Source: Gnetum montanum
Taxonomy: Eukaryota > Plantae > Gnetophyta
Reading direction: 5' to 3'
NCBI GenBank assembly: GCA_015680685.1
Contig: MNCI01001768.1
Location: forward strand, 352,974 to 416,973
Length of the DNA: 64,000 nt
In this document: in pieces, positions 1 to 11,734 of the stretch
How the letters are laid out: each line of letters starts with the position of its first letter
Numbering within the stretch: position 1 is the first letter of the stretch
Notes under the pieces: model-generated
The model's input: only the letters and a program-made list of their open reading frames with translations
Told to the model about the DNA's origin: nothing
Databases searched by the model: none
Position numbers and translations under genes: made by a program

Positions 1-58
1 AGGCTATATGCCTGTCAACCTCTCAGTGTTCTATCCATCAACATTTTTGGATATTACA
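1..58 (+). repeat. 3' end of the 5' LTR of element C
   Basis: acctctcagtgttctatccatcaacatttttggatattaca resembles acctctcagtgttccagccatcgacattttttgacatcata at 54965-55005. It ends in CA just before the PBS. Confidence 0.8.
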
Positions 59-63
59 ATTTT

Positions 64-80
64 TGGTGCTAGAATGAGGG
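64..80 (+). promoter_or_regulatory. Primer-binding site of C (tRNA-Asn type)
   Basis: tggtgctagaatgaggg approximates TGGCGCTAGAAGGAGGG, complementary to the plant tRNA-Asn 3' end (CCCTCCTTCTAGCGCCA). Confidence 0.8.
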
Positions 81-531
81 CCTTCCATTTCTTTTATGTT
101 TAAGGGTAGTTCCACATGCTTTTTGCACCTAAGTTACTAGTGGTAAGCTAGCATAAACATAACACCCCTATGGACTTGCCATAGCAGTAGTTGGATCATA
201 GCCCTGCATAGGAGTCATCTACATTTTAGTTGGTGTAGATCAGTCCTAGTTGTCAATTCCCCTAAAACGCTGTAGGACGAAAAGCCCAACTGTGTCCATT
301 GTGTCAAGCTTTGAGTGCTCTGGAGAGCATAAAAACCCTTTAGAGCATAACAATTCCTTAAAGAATAACAAGCGTAATGCTAGAGTTAGTCACTTTTCCA
401 CAACATTTCTAGAGTTGGTCATTTTTTGGCCTCTTTGCATAGTTTGCATACTTAGCCATTTTTTCAACATTTTTTGCACTTGAACATTTTTTGTTAACAC
501 CTTATTTTCTTACATTTTTCTACATAGCAAC

Positions 532-860
532 ATGAATCCCAAGAACACTTTAACCTCTACCCTAAGCATGGAGTTAGCTCATCCCATTTAACAAGGGGTA
601 GAAATTAAGCAACTACTCAGCCCTATACAACCATAATGGCAATCACTCACACTGCATAACCAGTCACTTGAATATAGGACATTTAACAATGAAATGTACA
701 AATTTCTTTGCATAAATATTTAAGTAGGCTTGTCCTTAGACCACCAAGAATAAAAGCAAAGTGCAACTTTAAGATCATTCACCGAAACAAGAAGTTCCTT
801 CCTACTCTAGACGTGTTCTTCTCACTCACCAACACCTTTAGGTGGCTTTTAGACTAACTC
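532..860 (+). pseudogene. gag: N-terminal part of gag of C, split by the insertion of A
   Basis: The translation ...HRNKKFLPTLDVFFSLTNTFRWLLD*L aligns with the gag N-termini of A (YDKKEFVPTPDTSTPLTQTNQMLLDQL) and B. Start position is approximate. Confidence 0.6.
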
Positions 861-2484
861 TGTAGCGACCAAAAATGTCAATGGCTGGAAAAACGCTGAT
901 GGGCCGTCGGCCGTTGATAGTCTTGACCCCGTTTCCATGGGAGGGCCGTGCTGGAGGGGATAGAAACGAGGCACCCTGAACGGTCTAGTCGATCAGACAG
1001 GGACTTAGTCGGTGTCTATATAACATTTTTCAATGTGTAATTTTAAAACGAGACTGATAATACGAAGGAATGCTTAAATTCAAGAGAAATAGAAAACAAT
1101 GTAAAATGCAATAGTAAATAGGCGATAATGTAAAAATGCAATTAGAAAAATGCACCGCTTCGAAGCTATAACCTTGCATTGTCAAGATGGATACAATCAG
1201 TTGCATAGCGCCAGGGGGTGTAGAGATCTCAAGAGTAACCAAGATGTGTAGAGCGAGATGGTTGTGTGCTTGAATGCAGGCTCAGTCATCAACAATGTGA
1301 AGTGCTACTAAGGTGGTAAGAAAGAGTAGAACGAAATGCCAACTGAGAATGCTAACTATTTACAATGTCAAAATAGGAAGCTTACAATGCTTGAAGTTAC
1401 AATGCCAACTTTTTTCTCATCAGCCAACAAAATCATTAGCCGACTAAATTGCTCAGAAAATCGAAACTTGAAAGTGCCCAAAAGAGAGCCCAACTGCCAA
1501 CAGCTAAAATGCTAGAGAGAGAAAAGCCAGCTAGAGATAATCTAGAGAGGCCTTAAGTGTCGCTCATTGGGATATTTATAAGACCAAGGACGCGCGAAAG
1601 ATGCAATTTGAATGCCACATGCCCTAGGCTTATGCTAACCTGTCTATGCTGCACGTGCTTGCATGATCATTGGACGAGCCAACCATGCCATAATTATGAG
1701 CCTTCCATGCTATAATTGCACTGTTAGAGAAACAGTGTAATTAGGTGAGGTGCATTGATGTCGTGTAACCACTTGCCACATTTTGTTATGCCTTGTATCA
1801 TAGCATGTTTGGCATGGCATATCATTTTGTTACACTATGCTATGCTACGCAACGGAACGTAGCGTAGCCGCTGGTTTGAAGTGAGAAACTTGCGTTGTGT
1901 CCTGCTACATGCATTAGAAACCTTTGGAGTGTGCTAATTGTTTGTTGCATTTTTGCTATGCTACGTAGTGTATCGTAGCATAGCAACTGGTCATAGTCGC
2001 AAAAAATGTTGCCCATCTACAAACTTTGTCTTTTGCACTATGAAACTTGCAAACTTGCTAATCCCACCCTTCAAGATGCCGTCTGTCACTTCTGTAGAAT
2101 TTCTATGCCTCGCTACCCCATGTAGCTTAGCATAGCATAGCAGCAAACATGACCTAATTTCGGCCAATTTTGCTACTTTTTGATGGACGGAGACATTGTC
2201 GAAGGACTTGAAGTTGAGTGAGGGGACTGGTTGTTTAGCTTTTGCTACATTGTGCTACGCTACATAGCATAGCGTAGCGTAGCACTATGTTTCCGCAAAC
2301 ATCTTCTAAAGTTTGCTATGCTACATGGTGTAGCGTAGCATAGTAAGAATCCTTATCTTAGAAAACTTTCCAAACTGGACAGTCTGAACATCAAAGCATC
2401 CATCTCCTGAAGAACTATCGTAACACTACTTGAATTGCAAAGGTTTGGTGAAGCAGGCATGCCTTCGAATTTTGGGGTGTTTCA
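861..2484 (-). repeat. 3' LTR of A
   Basis: Colinear with 34187-35810 from tgtagcgacc to ggggtgtttca. TATA-like tataaatatccc on the minus strand near 1570-1581. Confidence 0.93.
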
Positions 2485-2496
2485 TTGGCCCCTCAT
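2485..2496 (-). promoter_or_regulatory. Polypurine tract of A
   Basis: Minus strand reads aatgaggggccaa directly before TGAAACACC. Confidence 0.7.
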
Positions 2497-3489
2497 TGTC
2501 AACATCTGGAGGACAGGCTCAAGAGATGTTGACAAAGAAAACGAAACACCACAGAAGAAACGATGCTAACATTGTTGTTTGGTGAGTGTTAAAATGTCAC
2601 TTGGCTGTGCTTGAGAGTGTTGCATTGGTTTCCAGGAAAAGGGCAAAGATGAGGTTTAGGAAAGTCCCTTGTCGGAGTGCTCATAAGGGACTTGTTCACG
2701 TTTTCATCTTTACTCAGACCATTGACCTCGTGTAGGATAGGTGTTTTCTTCGTAGGATCAGCTGTGTTACATCTGCGAAGGGTTTTGACCTACCTACAGA
2801 TGCTTCCCATGCAGCGAGCTATGTTATGCACGTCATGGAATTTGCACTTTGAAGTAGTCAAGCTAGTCGAGGCACTCACTTTGCGATGCTGTAGCACCTA
2901 CTACTGTGGTCAAGCATTCTCTCGGTTGCACCCTATAAGCACGATGGAGAGCAAAACAACCATGATGTGAAGAGAGGGCTAAAGGTCTTACTTGTTGCAG
3001 ATGTTGTTGAAGCTCTTAGATGCCTGTGCAGGCCTTGGAAGCACTTGCATGGAGGAGCTAACATCAAAGGCGTTGGGAGTTGCTGTGAATGTGGATGCTC
3101 TCGAATTCCTGCCAAAGGCATGCATTCTTAATTCAGCTATGGGATCAGCTACCACATAGCTAAATGTCATTTATGCTGAGACGTTGGAAGGGGACTAAAT
3201 AATGACAATATTGTGGCTGGGCTAGAACTCCAACAACAGGTGTTGGCCCAGGAACTACTATTAGAGCAGTGGATCGTGGCGACGGTAGGTTCGGAGGGCC
3301 AGTGTGATGTCATACGAAATCTCTGAAGGATCAGCATGATGCCAAGGGTGCAACATTGCTTGAGTTCCAGATCGTGTTCCAAGTGCGTCATGAACCACAT
3401 TCTGGAGCTGCAATGTCCCAACCCCACATAGGCATTGTGCATGCTCGTTCGATGTGTATTTGACATAGATGCATGCTAAGGACATAACG

Positions 3490-3975
3490 CTAACCCAGTT
3501 TAAGGTCTTGGTAGACCATGTGCTGGTTTAGAGTCCCAGCAGACTGCTGTGCTGGTTTAAGGCCCCAGCAGACCATACATGCTAGTTTAACATCATAGTG
3601 GACATGTTGTGTCAGTTTATAGTCATACCGTACTAGTTGTGCTATGTTTACATCACAGTGGATGGTTGCTGCCAATTTAATGTCGTAACAGACGCTACTT
3701 GTTGTTGTTGCCAATTTATCGTCGTAGTAGATGGTGCTCGATGTCGCTAGTTTAACATCATTACAAACGCTGCTCGATGCCTCTAGTTTAACGTCATTGC
3801 AGATACTACTCGATGCTGCTAGTTTAACATCATTGCGGATGCTGATCGATGCCACTAGTTTATCATCATTGCGAACACTACTTGATGTCACTAGTTTAAC
3901 GTCATTGCGGATGTTGCTAGTTTAATGTCATTGTAGATGCTTCTTGACGTTGTTGCCAGTTTAACGTCGTAGCAG
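3490..3975. repeat. Tandem array (about 33-36 bp unit, core GCTAGTTTAA) downstream of integrase in A
   Basis: Repeated gctagtttaacgtcattgcggatgct... units; these produce the spurious ORF 3490-3891. Confidence 0.85.
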
Positions 3976-4004
3976 ACGGTGCATGGTGCCATTGTCTTCA
4001 TGCT

Positions 4005-7000
4005 TCAGATGTAGTATGGCTTGAGGTATGAGTGATTCACCAGGTTGACGAACTCGTTGTTGTCCATGTCTGGTAGCTTGAAGGCTCCATTCCCGAAGGC
4101 TTTAGTGACCATGTAAGGGCCTTCCCAGTAATTTGTCCACATGCTCGTGGATAGCCTTGAGGATAAGATCTTCCTTCTATACTGGCTGTTGATGTGGGCC
4201 TTCATGGTGCTTTTGCTATTGCTTGCTCTAGTAGTGCTTTATGCATCTCAGCATCTATGCGTGCTCCTCCTCTATTGAGTCGAGGTTGATGGTTTGTGAC
4301 TCGTTGTTTTGGGCTTCAATCATAGCATCCGAGAGGATCATCCAAAGTGATGATACCTGCAACTCAAGAGGCAACATAGCTTCAGATTTGTAAACAAGGT
4401 TGTAAGGAGTCTTACTTTTCGCAGTTCTGCATATCGTTCTGTAGGCCTAGAGAATGTAAAGTATTTTCTCATGCCATTTCCTTTTGCTGTTGTCAAACAT
4501 CTGCTTCAGCAAATTGATGATGGACTTATTTGTAGCCTTCGCCTGTCCATAATCCTGTGGGTAGTATGGGGAGAAGAATGATTACTTGATGCCTAGGTTG
4601 CTACAGAAGGTTTGGGTTTCCGTACTACTAAATTATGGCCCATTGTCAGTGACAATAGTCATTGGAAGCCAAAACCTTGTTATGATGTTATCGAGGATGA
4701 AATGGAAGATTTTCTGAGATGTCATTTTCCTTAGGGAAATAGCTTCCACCCACTTAGTAAAATACTCAGTGAAGGTGATAATGAAGCTATTCCCTACGGA
4801 GGACTTAGGTGTGATAGGTCCTATGAGGTCTAGTCCCCATTGTTGGAAAGGCCACATGATTTGCATTGGATGCAGGTCCGTAGGTGAGACATGTATGATA
4901 TTTTCATATCTGTAGCACATGTCACATGTCTTGACTTTTGACAAGCAGTTGTGCTCCAAGTGAGGCCAATAATACCCTAGGCATCTGATTTTCGTAGCCA
5001 TAGCTCTAGGTGCTATCTATCCACCACACAGCCCCTCATGCACTTCATTAACTACCTTCTGCGCCTACTTCCCACCCACGAATGCCAGCAATATCTCGTC
5101 ATAAGAACATCGGCACAGTGTGTCATTCACCATGAGCATATATTGCCGAGTGCTCTTTCAGATCACATCTCTCTAAGTAGATGTCAGTCCACTTGGGGAT
5201 TCCTCATGTTACAGGTAGGGTTTAATGTTAGCGTACCACTCCTGGATATCCACAACACTAATAGAGGCCACGTGTCTTGCCTGAGTGATAGGCTCGGTAC
5301 ATTCAATAATTGCAGTTTGCAAAGTTGCAAATGAGTGTGATGGAATTCTTAATGCAAGAGTGGCTAAGGCATCTACCATGGTGTTCTCGTTACGTGGCAT
5401 GTGTTGCACATCTGTGGTTGCAAATTGCTTAAGCAGGCTTTTTGCTAGGTAGCAGTAGGGTTGTAGGTATGTAGCTTTGTAGGCATAGACCTCGGTGATT
5501 TGATTCACAACTAGTTGTGAATCACCACAGATTGTCAAGTGTTGTATGTGTAGTGTTTGGGAAACAGAGAGGCCTCTGAGTAGCCCTTCATACTCTGCCA
5601 CATTGTTGGTGCAGGGGAACACGAAATGATAAGCAAACAGGTGTATTTCCCCAGAGGGGAATGTAATGATAGTAGCTGCGCTACCTCCTCATGCGGTTGA
5701 AGCACCACCGAAGTGTAAAGTAGCTTCTAGGTGCGATGGAACGATGTTGATAGTGTCAACATGCTTGTCTTGGAATTCAGGATCTATGGTTGCGTGGTTG
5801 TTGATGGGTGAGGCCATAAGTTGCATTGCTATTTCTTGACCCTTAGTCAACGATTGGCTTACATAGTGTAGGTCGAACTCCACTGTTATTTCTTTCCATC
5901 GGGCTATCCTGCTACTTTCATACAGGTTGTTAGTGATAGCCCGGAGTATGTTGCTTTTGCAAATGATGTTGACTACACTGCGAAATAGATAGTGCCTCCA
6001 CTTTTTTAATGCAAACACTAAGGCAAGGTAGTTCCTCTCTACTTCGTTATATTTCACCTCATGCGCTATTAATGCATGACTCAGGTAATACACTGGTATC
6101 TCAGATCTGTCATCTCGTGTTTGACATAGTAGTGCTACGATAGATGTGTCAGAGGTGGAAAGGTAGATGAAGAAAGGCTTATCCATTTGTGGAGGGTGCA
6201 TAGTTGGGAGGTGCGAGAGTCCTTCCTTCAAGCCATCGAAGGTTTGTTGACACTAGGTTGTCCACTCGAATTCAACCCCTTTCTTTAGAAGATGTTGCAT
6301 GGGGTGTAACTTGTCAGTCAACTTTGCTATAAACCTTCAGATGAACTATACCTTGCCTTGCAACCCACATAATTCCTTAAGGTTTATAGGAGGTGCCAGG
6401 TTGATGATGGCCTTGACTTTGTCAGGGTCCACCCTTATTCTAGCTTTTGATACCACAAACCCTAACATGCATCTTGTTTTTACACTGAAGACACACTTCT
6501 TAGGATTAAGGCATAGATCGTGCATTTGACAACATTTAAGAACTACCCCTAGATCGTGTGGGTGATTAGCCGCCTCCTTGGACTTAACTACTATATCATC
6601 CATGTAGTCATTTAATGTTTCCAGGATGTACTCGCTAAAGATGTGGGTCATGGCTCACTGGTAGGTTGCTCCAGCATTCTTGAGTCCAAAAGGCATCATG
6701 GTGTAACAGAAGGTCCCCCATGGGGTCATGAAGGTTGTCGTTAGTTGATGCTCCGGGTTGATGCGAATTTGGTTGTAGCCAGAAAAGCCATTCATGAAGG
6801 ATAATAGAGCATGATCGGTCATAGTGTCAATGAGTTGATCGATGCTTGGAAGTGGGAAATCATCTTTGATCGTCATCTTGTTCAGGTCCCGGAAGTCTAT
6901 GCAGATTCGTATTCCTCCTGTTATCTTAGAAACCATGATGATGTTGCACACCCATTCTGAATAATCAAGTGTGTAGATGAAACCAGCTTGGTATAGCTTG

Positions 7001-7465
7001 GTGATTTCATCCCTTACGGCTAGTGCAATTTTAGGTTTGACTTTACAAGCCTTCTGCTTGAATGCCTTCATGCGCGGTCTAGGACAATGTTGTGCTATAT
7101 CAACCTCGGATCTAAACTCAACATGTCGCTATACGACCATGCGAAGACTTTGATGTTGTCTTGCAGAATCTTGGCTACATTTTCATGTGTTTGCGCATCT
7201 AGGAGGGAGCTAAGCTTTAACATTTTTACTTCTCCCTTAGACATGGTCATATGCGTCTCAACAAGAGGGTCCTTAGTTACATTCCTGGCCTCTAAATCTA
7301 GGGTTCAGATTAGATGCTAAGGCCAATCTAGGGATGTTTCTAAGGATGCTATGGTGCTAGTTGTGGTTGACCCCTAGTCGATTAGGTCTGGTTCAATTGT
7401 CTCGCGAGCTTGCCATGTGGAACTGCTAGGGCTAAAGGTGTGGAGAGATTGCGATGGATTTCCAT
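4005..7465 (-). pseudogene. pol: pol of A: RT - RNase H - archaeal-type RNase H (aRH) - integrase, degraded
   Basis: RT motifs RICIDFRDLN, MPFGLKNAGATYQ and DYMDD. RH motif PVYYLSH. aRH motifs TNNVAEYEGL and GDSQLVVNQ. INT motifs GYYWP, WGLDLIGP and WEGPY. Multiple stop codons. Confidence 0.93.
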
Positions 7466-7674
7466 TTTCTGCTTAACCTGTCAAAATGAGATGAAAGCCT
7501 AGTTAAGAGGCACTTGTTGGTAGCAATCATGTATAACGAAAACTTGCAAAGAAATGATGAGATGTATGATGTAAAGATTAAAATTTTTCCATTTTAAAGT
7601 CATGGAAAACTGTTATGGCATGGAGATGCAGAGCTACAAAAATAGGAAAATGTGAAACTATCAATGTGAAAATG

Positions 7675-7905
7675 TGATGCTACTAGTTTAGCATCATTGC
7701 AAACTACGAATGTATAGCAGATCGAAACATGCTAGTTTAAGGTCTTTTCAGACTGCAGAAGTTGCAACTATGCTGGGCTTTGCTAGTTTAAGGTCTTTTC
7801 AAACTGGTAAGAGCGCAACTATGCTACGATTGCTAGTTTAACGTCTTTCAAAATTGGTAAAAGCGTAACTATGATATGATTGCTAATTTAAGGTCTTTTC
7901 GGACC
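7675..7905. repeat. Tandem array (about 40 bp, GCTAGTTTAAGGTCTTTTC core) upstream of RT in A
   Basis: About 5 degenerate copies are visible. Confidence 0.75.
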
Positions 7906-8082
7906 AGGATAATCGAAAATATATTTTTTCATTTTTCAAAAAAGCAAGTTGTTAGCTTGAAGCATGTCAAGGTTTTAATGTTAAAAGTGCTACAATGTCA
8001 TGGTGAGCATGCTATGCTGTACAGCATACTCTGCATTAAATGGAGAGAGATAGCAAAAAGTTTCCATTTTCACCATTATGGC

Positions 8083-8096
8083 CATAAATAGGGATT
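8083..8096 (+). promoter_or_regulatory. Putative internal TATA box of the antisense accessory gene (A)
   Basis: cataaatagggatt lies about 157 nt before the ATG. C has tataaatagggatt on minus (44544-44557) about 163 nt before its ATG, and B has cataaaaatcgg at 15645. Confidence 0.55.
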
Positions 8097-8239
8097 AAAC
8101 TTTGGTAAGCTTGCCATTCTCACCGTAAGAGCGCAGAGCTCATATTCGGAGCATAAGGCAATTTTGGAGCAATTGTGCTAATAGTGAGCAAGGTGGTTTT
8201 CTACACAGCGATGAGGAAAAGAAATCTGCGAGTAGGATG

Positions 8240-9338
8240 ATGGCTCCAAAGAAGGAACACATGAATTTGGCACTTGTGAAGGTTGAGGAGGTGAAGCAAA
8301 CCCTAGGGCACATGACACAAGCATGCATCACGGTGTTGAAGGACACACCATTGACCTGGTAGGTTATCATGCTTCCTATATTTTTTCGTGATTCTATTAT
8401 TTTTTTTTTGCTTTTTTTGTTCTCTGCTTTCATTTTTCATCCTAGTCTTAGCCATTTGTGTTTTCTGTTGTTAAGTTGTTTTGGCCCTTTGCATCGTTGC
8501 TGCTGCCATTTCAGCCATGGCAAATGCGTAAACGCTACGCCATCATTGCATGCAAGGTTGCTTAAACTACCACCACTGCGGTTGTCATAACCACGGGGGT
8601 TCGCACAGTTTAAGTCACTTGATCTTCGAATGGCGTGACGTAGGACCCTCGAGAGGGATGGGCCATGCGTGATGTGAGAGTGTGACACGTGTTCTATCAG
8701 GGTGTATTGTTAATTGCCCTGTTAGGGTTAATTTCTCTCTTGCTACGCTATTTTTTGCTACGCTACCACTTTCATGTTCTTACTACGCTACTTGTGGAAA
8801 GAGGGTTATGCTATGCTATATGCATGGACTGCTAAGTATTTCTACGTTGCGTGTGTATTGCACTTAGACATGATGCTAACACTTGCTGGTTGTGTTGTGC
8901 AGGATGGGGCTAAGGCCAATCCTGATTGTTTTAGAAATTAGAGAGGTCTTGTGTCATGTGAGAAAACCTATGGCCAATGCTCCTTGTCTCTAGATACATG
9001 TGGGAGAGCAAGGGGTCTGGTTCAGGAATGGGGCATAGGACTTCTTACAATTCCTCCTTGACCACTTTAGTGTGATCCTTTGGTCATCCCTAGAGAAGGA
9101 GAAGGCGGCCAGCATAATAGAAGCCATATTGCCTGGGGTAAGTTAGGGCACTCTGAGGTTTTTGACCGACAGGGCAATCATGAGCAGGCAGGGAGAAGAA
9201 TCCAGTCAATGCCTAACAGAGTTAAGGCATTTGTCTTAGATCTGGGAGATGACTGAGTACAGTTGCTACCACCATTACAACATATTATTCCTCGCACGTT
9301 ATATGGTGACGTGCTTCCATAATGCTCAGGGAACTGTC
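8240..9338 (+). pseudogene. Accessory gene of A, exon 1 (8240-8358) and 5' part of exon 2 (8903-9338): FCP1/NIF-like HAD domain
   Basis: Exon 1 reads MAPKKEH...TPLTW followed by a GT donor. After an AG acceptor, exon 2 reads LRPILIVLEIREVL...VWFRNGA*DFLQFLLDHFSVILWS...LRHLS*IWE...YNILFL...FHNAQGTV. Interrupted by B. Confidence 0.8.
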
Positions 9339-10386
9339 TGTAACGACAAAAAATGTCGATCGCTGGAAACATCGAACGAGAATCTGCGTACACAGTTCTA
9401 ACACCGGATCCGTGCGAGGGCCATGCTAGAGAAGACGAATCTGAGGTGCCCTGAACGGTCTTGTCGATCAGACATGGACTTATTTGATCAATAAAACCTT
9501 TGTAATAATTGGATGACAAAAGGAGGATCCCAATGAGGAGATATAATGTTGTTAATCCTGAAAGTAATTGAAAGCGATGTAAATGATTTAAAGCGATTGC
9601 AAAATATGTATAAATAGGACACAAGAAATCAAATTTATAGAGAGTGCAATCCCAAGATCTAGGATTTAACTTATGAACGAAATATGTTGGATACAATGAT
9701 TATAGGTGGACTTCGATTTGGATGAAGCACATGCCAGCAGCAAGAAAGTTATTTAAAGATGAAACAAGCAAAGGTTAATCTACCTTGTTCTAGCTAATCT
9801 AGGTGCAAGGAAGTTAGACCCGAGGCAGAATATCTGTTAACCAGCTGTTTCTAATCAAGGGTTCTTGCCAATATGCTCCGATGTTCTCACGATCGCTAAT
9901 CCTCTTTTTCTCTCTTGCCAATCTTGAAAGAAAATTTTTGCCAACCCTTTGATCTTTGTCAACTAGAGCATTTATAAGGTTAGTGTGAGGAGAAAAACAC
10001 AGTTTAGATTATGTGTGTCTTGAACTTATAAGATGCCGTTGACTTGATTTGTTTGCGTTTGAAGCTTTCGGTGCCACGTTGCATTATGCTCTGAAGTGTA
10101 ACGCATCGTAAACCACTCTTGTTGGAGCTTTGGCGACCAACAGTTCTTTGATTATGCTACAATACACTTAGAGAGTGCACCATGACATATGAACTATTGA
10201 TGCTTGCATTGTACTATTTGTCATCGCTTGCATTATGTTGCATCATAATAGTCCACGCTGCATAGCGTAATTTAGCGTAAAATAGCGAATTTGCAACAAA
10301 TTGAAGTATTGTTGTCGTGCTTCCTTTGGTTCTGATCAATCCTTCTAGGGTTTATTACACTACACTACGTAATGTAGCGTAATAGG
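9339..10386 (-). repeat. 3' LTR of B (inner ~370 bp and PPT missing)
   Basis: Colinear with 24683-~25729; similarity stops after gtaatgtagcgtaatagg. Confidence 0.85.
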
Positions 10387-11374
10387 CACCTTTCGTGAAC
10401 AAGTTATTAGGCGTCCTTTCGCGAGTGTATTTGCGAGAAGTTATGTCACCACACTGCATATGAAGGGCTTGCATGGACATGTTGTGTTATGCCCACATGG
10501 CCTAGATGAATTGTTTTACATCCATTTTGTCAAGCTCTCTCTTTTTTGTTGAATTACATTCCACTAGGCGAGTTGTGTTACGCCAGTTCATGGATATGAT
10601 GATGCAAAATAATTTGATTGAATGTTCACACTCTGTACAAACAAAGAATAGGGTAAAGGCAATCATAAGGATAAGGGAAGGGGAAAGCGGTCGATGGAGG
10701 AAGAGGTAGGGTTTGCACTCTCAAGTAGTTAGGCTAGTTTAAGCAGCTACTTTAGAATGTCGTGATGCCTCACCTCCTAATGAATGCATTCTCAATTAGC
10801 GCTATCATAACAAGTAACTTGAAAAACATAACAGGGAACAAAGAGCAAAAGCAATCGTCCTAATTGCTAGGGAGGCTATTGAAACAAGCACTGCCTGAAG
10901 TGAAAAGGAGAGCGTAGGCCATGAAAAAAGTACCGTAGCAAGGAGCAAGGATCCCAATGTTGATGCCACATTTCATGAAGTCGTTGTCAACAGCCAGATT
11001 CATCTTGCTCAATTGACTGGGCAAAGAACCAGTCAGATGAATCTGCTAAGCCAGAATCTGGTGGCAGCGATGGATGGAGGCCACCGAGACTATGGATGAC
11101 CATAGTTTCTTCGGGGCCCCAAGCAGTGAAGTTGATCCCAAGAGCCACAACTAGAGAGTGGCTATCATAGCAACACCTCCGAGGGATCAGTAGCATGCCT
11201 TTCAGCATATCCGAGGAATCAGTAGAATGCCATTGGTGTAGCGGCATTGCGTCTATTCCAACACCTTACCCGTTCCATCTGGTAGGGATGCAGTGCAAGA
11301 GTGATCACGATCTCTTGCTTCATGGATTGTTAATTGAAAGATTTCATTTTTGAGTCTTGGTTGACTGTTGTTGC

Positions 11375-11700
11375 TGGTTTTAAGCCTTAGTAGGCCATGG
11401 TCCTAGTTTAAAGTTTGGGCAGACTAAAACCTGCTAGTTTTACGTCGTAGCAGATGATGGAAGAGCTAGTTTATGGTCCCAGCAGACCGTGCTGTGGGTG
11501 TCAGTTTTATGTTGTGATCCAGGGACAAGTTTGTGCTAGTTTAGCATCTCAGAAGATGTATGCTTACCTTGTCAGTTTCACATCATGGCAGATGATCGGA
11601 AACTCTACCAGTTTAGTGTCTTGATGGACGTGTGCAAGAAATGCTAGTTTTACATCTTAGCATACTTGTACAACTTTGCCAGTTTTACATCATAGTAGAC
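11375..11700. repeat. Tandem array (CTAGTTT core) downstream of integrase in B
   Basis: About 9 degenerate units of the form gctagttttacatcttag. Confidence 0.7.
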
Positions 11701-11734
11701 GTTTGTTACCTTTGCGCTTGAGCCGAGTCGACGT

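Noticed and set aside
3490-3925. Periodic ORFs (NDVKLA repeats) and CRISPR-like regular spacing
   Set aside because: These are translations of a tandem repeat whose whole unit is repeated. There are no unique spacers and no cas genes, and the context is a eukaryotic retroelement.
9178-9696. 172-aa ORF with a near-duplicate at 24651-25040
   Set aside because: The duplication is simply the LTR pair of B. The ORF crosses the insertion junction and has no domain features.
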